A DNA stretch of 64,000 nucleotides from the human T2T-CHM13v2.0 reference genome, Homo sapiens. Under the pieces are notes generated by a model that was not told where the DNA came from, did no database searches, and saw nothing but the letters and a program-made list of their open reading frames with translations. The translations under genes and the position numbers were made by a program. Below, piece by piece: positions 1 through 10,499 of the stretch. The stretch lies in assembly GCF_009914755.1 (NCBI RefSeq), contig NC_060943.1. One strand, given 5' to 3'. Each line of letters opens with the position of its first letter. Position 1 is the first letter of the stretch.

Positions 1-308
1 TGCGGGCACCCTCCTGCGGGTGGACAATGAGCGCCTGGGAGGCCGTTGTCCTTGGTTGGGGAGCGCTCGTCTGGATCCAGCCTAGCAAAGAGGCTGCTCC
101 GGATGGGGAGGGGATGAAAACCCTGCGGGTCCGACGCCCATGCCCACGTTGCCCAGGCCTTCACAGACCCCCAAACTGGAACCGCCGGGACGACGACTGC
201 CAACCGGCCACACGACCCAGGCAGAGACGCGGGGACACGCTGACCAGAAGAAAGGCCGACGTGCAAGAAACCCACCCTCCGGCGCACAGGGCACATGTGT
301 CCCAAGGC

Positions 309-366
309 GCACGCACACACAGACGGACAGAGACAGAAAGAGAGGGCGACCGAAAGAGCGAGAAGG

Positions 367-400
<34 letters not shown>

Positions 401-520
401 CGTGAGAGAGAGACAGAAGTCGGCACACAGACACGCACTGCGCGCGCACACACACAGACACACACACAGACGCATCCCCCCAACACACACACACACACAC
501 CCATAACGAACACACACGTA
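309..520. repeat. Compound microsatellite (CA)n-(GA)n-(CG)n-(CA)n within each unit (unit 1 shown)
   Basis: gcacgcacacacagac...gagagagagagagaga...tgcgcgcgcacacacacagacacacacaca...cacacacacacacac. The (GA)n length varies between units and accounts for much of the unit-length variation. Confidence 0.95.
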
Positions 521-940
521 CAGCAGGGAACACCCACCCGCAGGCAGCCCCTGAAGCTGCCGGGTTCTGCTCTCCGCGACTAAGAGCCACCGGTGAGAGA
601 GCAGCCCACGGGCACACAGGCGGACCTGTGCTCGTCATCACAAGGGCTCCACTTTTGGGGAGACTCACCCGCACACCGTCCGCGCACGCCTGAGGCTGGG
701 ATGCCGCGCTGCCTCGCCGGCGATCTGTCTGAGTTTTCTTCCTCCTGGGGTTTCTTCCTGCTGGTGGACCCTCCGCGAATCCCGGCCTCCGGAGACCGTC
801 CTGGTAACTGCCCTGGCCAGGACTGGTCTCAGCCCAGACTCAGACGCACGATCACACAGGGCTCCTACTTCGCCAAGTGTCAGGGACCCATCCCCGGGCA
901 ACGGTGGCTTTCACTGTGACCCAAGCGGCGGCTTGGGCCT

Positions 941-952
941 CGCGCATGCGCA
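941..952. promoter_or_regulatory. NRF1 consensus site (one per unit; unit 1 shown)
   Basis: CGCGCATGCGCA is a 12/12 match to the YGCGCAYGCGCR consensus. It is present in all 21 units and in the diverged copies (53912-53923; 11/12 at 56253-56263). Binding is not demonstrated. Confidence 0.7.
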
Positions 953-1018
953 CTGGCGAGGCCGACTCCCCCGCTCCACCCCCCCTTACTCCGCAGAGTC
1001 AGGCTGCGGACCCTTTAA

Positions 1019-1029
1019 AAAATGGCGGC
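1019..1029 (+). promoter_or_regulatory. YY1 consensus site (one per unit; unit 1 shown)
   Basis: AAAATGGCGGC, ~70 bp downstream of the NRF1 site, at a switch from C-rich to G-rich sequence. CAAAATGGCG is retained in the diverged monomer (53986-53995). Confidence 0.65.
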
Positions 1030-1156
1030 GACGCGGCGGCTGCGGGGCCTGGGGCGGCGGTGCTGGAGGTGGCGGCGGTGGCGTCGCAGCCCGAGGCGGC
1101 GGGTGGGAAGAGGACTGCCAGAGGGGCCTGCGGGAGACCCAGGGTCGGACCCATAG
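1022..1156 (+). other. Putative Arg-rich smORF, 44 aa (46 aa in most units); coding status unknown
   Basis: AAAATGG is a strong Kozak context. It translates as MAATRRLRGLGRRCWRWRRWRRSPRRRVGRGLPEGPAGDPGSDP*. It falls below the ORF-track length cutoff and is not conserved in the diverged edge monomer. Confidence 0.2.
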
Positions 1157-2599
1157 GAGTCCTGTGGTGAGGACCTCCTTGATCGCTCTTCTGCTTCGGT
1201 TCCCGCTGAAGGAGGAGCTTCGGGATGCCGGCTGGGCTGCGCGGACTCCTCTTGGGGTCCGATGATGGATCCAACCGGGTGATCGGGAATGGGGTTCCAA
1301 TGCAGTGAGGCCGAAAGGGTCTCGCCGGGGCACAGAAAGATCCCCAGGGCCGCAAGGCGTGCTGTCGGCTGCAAAGGCACCGACCCATGAGCCCACTGCC
1401 TCCCTCCCTCCTGGCAGGAGCAGGGGCCTGCCTTCATCTCCAAGGCCCGAGGGCTCCGGCATCCCGACGCGGCTTCCGGCGACACGGGCAAAGAGAGACA
1501 GAGGCGAGTCCGAGCTGGAGCCAGCGTGTCCACATGTGGCACTGTCGTCCCCCAAGAGCACATGCAGGCAGCGTGTGTCTTTGAGGCGGTAGGGGGCGAC
1601 GACGAGACGGACAGTGATGTCCAGGCGTGCGCCCGGGGGGCCACTGGAGACCTGCCCCACAAAGCGGAGGAAAAGCCAAGCGCACCTGAAAACCTGCGAG
1701 ACAGGGCCTGTGCGCGAGTCCACGCCACGTTCAGGGAGGCCCGCCAGAGGAGCCGAGAGGTTTGGACAAAGTACACCCCACCCCCAGCCCACCGCCGGCT
1801 AGGTACCCCTGACGCAACCTCCCCTGCACCCAGCCAAAACCCAGTCCCGTTGGCTCCCTGACATCCGTGGCAGCCAAAAGATTCGGTGCTAGAAGGCACT
1901 TTCCCCAGGAGCGGAGGAACCGGTTGGCCCTCAAGAATCAGAGAGGAAGTGCAGGTGGGATGCAACACCGCCTTTCCTAGAAGGCCAATGTCAGGAGCGG
2001 TGGGCTTGCCTCCGCCTCTTCCTGGACCGAGCGTGCAGCCATCACTTGGGCCATGGAGACCGAGAGAGCTTCCCTGTCCCACACAGGTATGGAAGCCCAG
2101 AGCTCCAGGATCACCACAGCTGCCCAGTCATCCAGAAAGAGGTGTGGAGAGGGAAACAATCATGACGCGGACCGCCACGAGGTTTCTCCCTGATGGACGG
2201 GGAAGTCTTGTTTGTGGAAGACACTGAGCCACGCTAAGAAGCCGCCAGGCTTCTCAGAGACTGGGCAGACACAGCAAGAGGGAGGTCAGAGCAGAGGCCA
2301 GAGCCCAGGCAGGATACGGGGGGGCCATGCCACCACCACCGGCATCCGGGGAGGAGTGTCAAACGGGTGACTCGGCCAGGAAGGCCAGCCTTTGAGAGAC
2401 AGACATGCTTGCCCCATCCCCTTGCCGGCTTCCTTCTCCGTCCCTGCGTCGAGCTGTGGCTACATTTCTCGATGAGGGCAGAGGGCGACAGGCGTGACAA
2501 CCACCTTCTTGAAGCTCTGCGGGCACCCTCCTGCGGGTGGACAATGAGCGCCTGGGAGGCCGTTGTCCTTGGTTGGGGAGCGCTCGTCTGGATCCAGCC

Positions 2600-2656
2600 T
2601 AGCAAAGAGGCTGCTCCGGATGGGGAGGGGATGAAAACCCCTGCGGGTTCGACGCC
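2600..2656 (+). promoter_or_regulatory. Candidate type-2 Pol III internal promoter (A box + B box) in the GGTTCGA-variant units
   Basis: TAGCAAAGAGG (A-box-like, 2600-2610) and GGTTCGACGCC (exact GGTTCGANNCC, 2646-2656) start 46 nt apart. No complete cloverleaf forms. Confidence 0.35.
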
Positions 2657-2881
2657 GATGCCCACGTTGCCCAGGCCTTCACAGACCCCCAAACTGGAAC
2701 TGCCGGGACGACGACTGCCAACCGGCCACACGACCCAGGCAGAGACGCGGGGAGAGGCTGACCAGAAGAAAGGCCGACGTGCAAGAAACCCACCCTCCGG
2801 CGCACAGGGCACATGTGTCCCAAGGCGCACGCACACACAGACGGACAGAGACAGACAGAGAGGGCGACGGAAACAGCGAGA

Positions 2882-2920
<39 letters not shown>

Positions 2921-5407
2921 GACGTGAGAGAGAGACAGAAGTCGGCACACAGACACGCACTGCGCGCGCACACACACAGACACACACACAGACGCACCCC
3001 CCCAACACACACACACACACCCATAACGAACACACACGTACAGCAGGGAACACCCACCCGCAGGCAGCCCCTGAAGCTGCCGGGTTCTGCTCTCCGAGAC
3101 TAAGAGCCACCGGTGAGAGAGCAGCCCACGGGCACACAGGCGGACCTGTGCTCGTCATCACAAGGGCTCCACTTTTGGGGAGACTCACCCGCACACCGTC
3201 CGCGCACGCCTGAGGCTGGGATCCCGCGCTGCCTCGCCGGCGATCTGTCTGAGGTTTCTTCCTCTTGGGGTTTCTTCCTGCTGGTGGACCCTCCGCGAAT
3301 CCCGGCCTCCGGAGACCGTCCTGGTAACTGCCCTGGCCAGGACTGGTCTCAGCCCAGACTCAGACGCACGATCACACAGGGCTCCTACTTCGCCAAGTGT
3401 CAGGGACCCATCCCCGGGCAACGGTGGCTTTCACTGTGACCCAAGCGGCGGCTTGGGCCTCGCGCATGCGCACTGGCGAGGCCGACTCCCCCGCTCCACC
3501 CCCCCTTACTCCGCAGAGTCAGGCTGCGGACCCTTTAAAAAATGGCGGCGACGCGGCGGCTGCGGGGCCTGGGGCGGCGGTGCTGGAGGTTGCGGCGGCG
3601 GCGGTGGCGGCGCAGCCCGAGGCGGCGGGTGGGAAGAGGACTGCCAGAGGGGCCTGCGGGAGACCCAGGGTCGGACCCATAGGAGTCCTGTGGTGAGGAC
3701 CTCCTTGATCGCTCTTCTGCTTCGGTTCCCGCGAAAGGAGGAGCTTCGGGATGCCGGCTGGGCTGCGCGGACTCCTCTTGGGGTCCAATGATGGATCCAA
3801 CCGGGTGATCGGGAATGGGGTTCCAATGCAGTGAGGCCGAAAGGGTCTCGCCGGGGCACAGAAAGATCCCCAGGGCCGCAAGGCGTGCTGTCGGCTGCAA
3901 AGGCACCGACCCATGAGCCCACTGCCTCCCTCCCTCCTGGCAGGAGCAGGGGCCTGCCTTCATCTCCAAGGCCCGAGGGCTCCGGCATCCCGACGCGGCT
4001 TCCGGCGACACGGGCAAAGAGAGACAGAGGCGAGTCCGAGCTGGTGCCAGCGTGTCCACATGTGGCACTGTCGTCCCCCAAGAGCACATGCAGGCAGCGT
4101 GTGTCTTTGAGGCCGTAGGGGGCGACGACGAGACGGACAGTGATGTCCAGGCGTGCGCCCGGGGGGCCACTGGAGACCTGCCCCACAAAGCGGAGGAAAA
4201 GCCAAGCGCACCTGAAAACCTGCGAGACAGGGCCTGTGCGCGAGTCCACGCCACGTTCAGGGAGGCCCGCCAGAGGAGCCGAGAGGTTTGGACAAAGTAC
4301 ACCCCACCCCCAGCCCGCCGCCGGCTAGGTACCCCTGACGCAAACTCCCCTGCACCCAGCCAAAACCCAGTCCCGTTGGCTCCCTGACATCCGTGGCAGC
4401 CAAAAGATTCGGTGCTAGAAGGCACTTTCCCCAGGAGCGGAGGAACCGGTTGGCCCTCAAGAATCAGAGAGGAAGTGCAGGTGGGATGCAACACCGCCTT
4501 TCCTAGAAGGCCAATGTCAGGAGCGGTGGGCTTGCCTCCGCCTCTTCCTGGACCGAGCGTGCAGCCATCACTTGGGCCATGGAGACCGAGAGAGCTTCCC
4601 TGTCCCACACAGGTATGGAAGCCCAGAGCTCCAGGATCACCACAGCTGCCCAGTCATCCAGAAAGAGGTGTGGAGAGGGAAACAATCATGACGCGGACCG
4701 CCACGAGGTTTCTCCCTGATGGACGGGGAAGTCTTGTTTGTGGAAGACACTGAGCCACGCTAAGAAGCCGCCAGGCTTCTCAGAGACGGGGCAGACACAG
4801 CAAGAGGGAGGTCAGAGCAGAGGCCAGAGCCCAGGCAGGATACGGGGGGGCCATGCCACCACCACCGGCATCCGGGGAGGAGTGTCAAACGGGTGACTCG
4901 GCCAGGAAGGCCAGCCTTTGAGAGACAGACATGCTTGCCCCATCCCCTTGCCGGCTTCCTTCTCCGTCCCTGCGTCGAGCTGTGGCTACATTTCTCGATG
5001 AGGGCAGAGGGCGACAGGCGTGACAACCACCTTCTTGAAGCTCTGCGGGCACCCTCCTGCGGGTGGACAATGAGCGCCTGGGAGGCCGTTGTCCTTGGTT
5101 GGGGAGCGCTCGTCTGGATCCAGCCTAGCAAAGAGGCTGCTCCGGATGGGGAGGGGATGAAAACCCCTGCGGGTTCGACGCCGATGCCCACGTTGCCCAG
5201 GCCTTCACAGACCCCCAAACTGGAACTGCCGGGACGACGACTGCCAACCGGCCACACGACCCAGGCAGAGACGCGGGGAGAGGCTGACCAGAAGAAAGGC
5301 CGACGTGCAAGAAACCCACCCTCCGGCGCACAGGGCACATGTGTCCCAAGGCGCACGCACACACAGACGGACAGAGACAGACAGAGAGGGCGACGGAAAC
5401 AGCGAGA

Positions 5408-5448
<41 letters not shown>

Positions 5449-7935
5449 GACGTGAGAGAGAGACAGAAGTCGGCACACAGACACGCACTGCGCGCGCACA
5501 CACACAGACACACACACAGACGCACCCCCCCAACACACACACACACACCCATAACGAACACACACGTACAGCAGGGAACACCCACCCGCAGGCAGCCCCT
5601 GAAGCTGCCGGGTTCTGCTCTCCGAGACTAAGAGCCACCGGTGAGAGAGCAGCCCACGGGCACACAGGCGGACCTGTGCTCGTCATCACAAGGGCTCCAC
5701 TTTTGGGGAGACTCACCCGCACACCGTCCGCGCACGCCTGAGGCTGGGATGCCGCGCTGCCTCGCCGGCGATCTGTCTGAGTTTTCTTCCTCCTGGGGTT
5801 TCTTCCTGCTGGTGGACCCTCCGCGAATCCCGGCCTCCGGAGACCGTCCTGGTAAATGCCCTGGCCAGGACTGGTCTCAGCCCAGACTCAGACGCACGAT
5901 CACACAGGGCTCCTACTTCGCCAAGTGTCAGGGACCCATCCCCGGGCAACGGTGGCTTTCACTGTGACCCAAGCGGCGGCTTGGGCCTCGCGCATGCGCA
6001 CTGGCGAGGCCGACTCCCCCGCTCCACCCCCCCTTACTCCGCAGAGTCAGGCTGCGGACCCTTTAAAAAATGGCGGCGACGCGGCGGCTGCGGGGCCTGG
6101 GGCGGCGGTGCTGGAGGTTGCCGTGGCGGCGGTGGCGGCGCAGCCCGAGGCGGCGGGTGGGAAGAGGACTGCCAGAGGGGCCTGCGGGAGACCCAGGGTC
6201 GGACCCATAGGAGTCCTGTGGTGAGGACCTCCTTGAGCGCTCTTCTGCTTCGGTTCCCGCTGAAGGAGGAGCTTCGGGATGCCGGCTGGGCTGCGCGGAC
6301 TCCTCTTGGGGTCCGATGATGGATCCAACCGGGTGATCGGGAATGGGGTTCCAATGCAGTGAGGCCGAAAGGGTCTCGCCGGGGCACAGAAAGATCCCCA
6401 GGGCCGCAAGGCGTGCTGTCGGCTGCAAAGGCACCGACCCATGAGCCCACTGCCTCCCTCCCTCCTGGCAGGAGCAGGGGCCTGCCTTCATCTCCAAGGC
6501 CCGAGGGCTCCGGCATCCCGACGCGGCTTCCGGCGACACGGGCAAAGAGAGACAGAGGCGAGTCCGAGCTGGAGCCAGCGTGTCCACATGTGGCACTGTC
6601 GTCCCCCAAGAGCACATGCAGGCAGCGTGTGTCTTTGAGGCCGTAGGGGGCGACGACGAGACGGACAGTGATGTCCAGGCGTGCGCCCGGGGGGCCACTG
6701 GAGACCTGCCCCACAAAGCGGAGGAAAAGCCAAGCGCACCTGAAAACCTGCGAGACAGGGCCTGTGCGCGAGTCCACGCCACGTTCAGGGAGGCCCGCCA
6801 GAGGAGCCGAGAGGTTTGGACAAAGTACACCCCACCCCCAGCCCGCCGCCGGCTAGGTACCCCTGAGGCAACCTCCCCTGCACCCAGCCAAAACCCAGTC
6901 CCGTTGGCTCCCTGACATCCGTGGCAGCCAAAAGATTCGGTGCTAGAAGGCACTTTCCCCAGGAGCGGAGGAACCGGTTGGCCCTCAAGAATCAGAGAGG
7001 AAGTGCAGGTGGGATGCAACACCGCCTTTCCTAGAAGGCCAATGTCAGGAGCGGTGGGCTTGCCTCCGCCTCTTCCTGGACCGAGCGTGCAGCCATCACT
7101 TGGGCCATGGAGACCGAGAGAGCTTCCCTGTCCCACACAGGTATGGAAGCCCAGAGCTCCAGGATCACCACAGCTGCCCAATCATCCAGAAAGAGGTGTG
7201 GAGAGGGAAACAATCATGACGCGGACCGCCACGAGGTTTCTCCCTGATGGACGGGGAAGTCTTGTTTGTGGAAGACACTGAGCCACGCTAAGAAGCCGCC
7301 AGGCTTCTCAGAGACGGGGCAGACACAGCAAGAGGGAGGTCAGAGCAGAGGCCAGAGCCCAGGCAGGATACGGGGGGGCCATGCCACCACCACCGGCATC
7401 CGGGGAGGAGTGTCAAACGGGTGACTCGGCCAGGAAGGCCAGCCTTTGAGAGACAGACATGCTTGCCCCATCCCCTTGCCGGCTTCCTTCTCCGTCCCTG
7501 CGTCGAGCTGTGGCTACATTTCTCGATGAGGGCAGAGGGCGACAGGCGTGACAACCACCTTCTTGAAGCTCTGCGGGCACCCTCCTGCGGGTGGACAATG
7601 AGCGCCTGGGAGGCCGTTGTCCTTGGTTGGGGAGCGCTCGTCTGGATCCAGCCTAGCAAAGAGGCTGCTCCGGATGGGGAGGGGATGAAAACCCCTGCGG
7701 GTTCGACGCCGATGCCCACGTTGCCCAGGCCTTCACAGACCCCCAAACTGGAACTGCCGGGACGACGACTGCCAACCGGCCACACGACCCAGGCAGAGAC
7801 GCGGGGAGAGGCTGACCAGAAGAAAGGCCGACGTGCAAGAAACCCACCCTCCGGCGCACAGGGCACATGTGTCCCAAGGCGCACGCACACACAGACGGAC
7901 AGAGACAGACAGAGAGGGCGACGGAAACAGCGAGA

Positions 7936-7974
<39 letters not shown>

Positions 7975-10465
7975 GACGTGAGAGAGAGACAGAAGTCGGC
8001 ACACAGACACGCACTGCGCGCGCACACACACAGACACACACACAGACGCACCCCCCCAACACACACACACACACCCATAACGAACACACACGTACAGCAG
8101 GGAACACCCACCCGCAGGCAGCCCCTGAAGCTGCCGGGTTCTGCTCTCCGAGACTAAGAGCCACCGGTGAGAGAGCAGCCCACGGGCACACAGGCGGACC
8201 TGTGCTCGTCATCACAAGGGCTCCACTTTTGGGGAGACTCACCCGCACACCGTCCGCGCACGCCTGAGGCTGGGATCCCGCGCTGCCTCGCCGGCGATCT
8301 GTCTGAGGTTTCTTCCTCTTGGGGTTTCTTCCTGCTGGTGGACCCTCCGCGAATCCCGGCCTCCGGAGACCGTCCTGGTAACTGCCCTGGCCAGGACTGG
8401 TCTCAGCCCAGACTCAGACGCACGATCACACAGGGCTCCTACTTCGCCAAGTGTCAGGGACCCATCCCCGGGCAACGGTGGCTTTCACTGTGACCCAAGC
8501 GGCGGCTTGGGCCTCGCGCATGCGCACTGGCGAGGCCGACTCCCCCGCTCCACCCCCCCTTACTCCGCAGAGTCAGGCTGCGGACCCTTTAAAAAATGGC
8601 GGCGACGCGGCGGCTGCGGGGCCTGGGGCGGCGGTGCTGGAGGTTGCGGCGGCGGCGGTGGCGGCGCAGCCCGAGGCGGCGGGTGGGAAGAGGACTGCCA
8701 GAGGGGCCTGCGGGAGACCCAGGGTCGGACCCATAGGAGTCCTGTGGTGAGGACCTCCTTGATCGCTCTTCTGCTTCGGTTCCCGCGAAAGGAGGAGCTT
8801 CGGGATGCCGGCTGGGCTGCGCGGACTCCTCTTGGGGTCCGATGATGGATCCAACCGGGTGATCGGGAATGGGGTTCCAATGCAGTGAGGCCGAAAGGGT
8901 CTCGCCGGGGCACAGAAAGATCCCCAGGGCGCAAGGCGTGCTGTCGGCTGCAAAGGCACCGACCCATGAGCCCACTGCCTCCCTCCCTCCTGGCAGGAGC
9001 AGGGGCCTGCCTTCATCTCCAAGGCCCGAGGGCTCCAGCATCCCGACGCGGCTTCCGGCGACACGGGCAAAGAGAGACAGAGGCGAGTCCGAGCTGGTGC
9101 CAGCGTGTCCACATGTGGCACTGTCGTCCCCCAAGAGCACATGCAGGCAGCGTGTGTCTTTGAGGCCGTAGGGGGCGACGACGAGACGGACAGTGATGTC
9201 CAGGCGTGCGCCCGGGGGGCCACTGGAGACCTGCCCCACAAAGCGGAGGAAAAGCCAAGCGCACCTGAAAACCTGCGAGACAGGGCCTGTGCGCGAGTCC
9301 ACGCCACGTTCAGGGAGGCCCGCCAGAGGAGCCGAGAGGTTTGGACAAAGTACACCCCACCCCCAGCCCACCGCCGGCTAGGTACCCCTGACGCAACCTC
9401 CCCTGCACCCAGCCAAAACCCAGTCCCGTTGGCTCCCTGACATCCGTGGCAGCCAAAAGATTCGGTGCTAGAAGGCACTTTCCCCAGGAGCGGAGGAACC
9501 GGTTGGCCCTCAAGAATCAGAGAGGAAGTGCAGGTGGGATGCAACACCGCCTTTCCTAGAAGGCCAATGTCAGGAGCGGTGGGCTTGCCTCCGCCTCTTC
9601 CTGGACCGAGCGTGCAGCCATCACTTGGGCCATGGAGACCGAGAGAGCTTCCCTGTCCCACACAGGTATGGAAGCCCAGAGCTCCAAGATCACCACAGCT
9701 GCCCAATCATCCAGAAAGAGGTGTGGAGAGGGAAACAATCATGACGCGGACCGCCACGAGGTTTCTCCCTGATGGACGGGGAAGTCTTCTTTGTGGAAGA
9801 CACTGAGCCACACTAAGAAGCCGCCAGGCTTCTCAGAGACGGGGCAGACACAGCAAGAGGGAGGTCAGAGCAGACGCCAGAGCACAGGCAGGATACGGGG
9901 GGACCATGCCACCACCACCGGCATCCGGGGAGGACTGTCAAACGGGTGACTCGGCCAGGAAGGCCAGCCTTTGAGAGACAGACATGCTTGCCGCCCCATC
10001 CCCTTGCCGGCTTCCTTCTCCGTCCCTGCGTCTAGCTGTGGCTACATTTCTCGATGAGGGCAGAGGGCGACAGGCGTGACAACCACCTTCTTGAAGCTCT
10101 GCGGGCACCCTCCTGCGGGTGGACAATGAGCGCCTGGGAGGCCGTTGTCCTTGGTTGGGGAGCGCTCGTCTGGATCCAGCCTAGCAAAGAGGCTGCTCCG
10201 GATGGGGAGGGGATGAAAACCCTGCGGGTCCGACGCCCATGCCCACGTTGCCCAGGCCTTCACAGACCCCCAAACTGGAACCGCCGGGACGACGACTGCC
10301 AACCGGCCACACGACCCAGGCAGAGACGCGGGGACACGCTGACCAGAAGAAAGGCCGACGTGCAAGAAACCCACCCTCCGGCGCACAGGGCCCATGTGTC
10401 CCAAGGCGCACGCACACACAGACGGACAGAGACAGAAAGAGAGGGCGACCGAAAGAGCGAGAAGG

Positions 10466-10499
<34 letters not shown>

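Noticed and set aside
960-2400. PRDM9 13-mer CCNCCNTNNCCNC in the unit
   Set aside because: By eye I found only partial matches (e.g. cctccctccctcc, ccaccctccggc). A PWM scan would be needed, so I make no claim.
2593-2670. Bona fide tRNA-Phe(GAA) gene
   Set aside because: The acceptor and T stems do not pair, there is a 10-nt spacer between the D-like and anticodon-like arms, and there is no variable loop. Kept only as a promoter-mimic finding.
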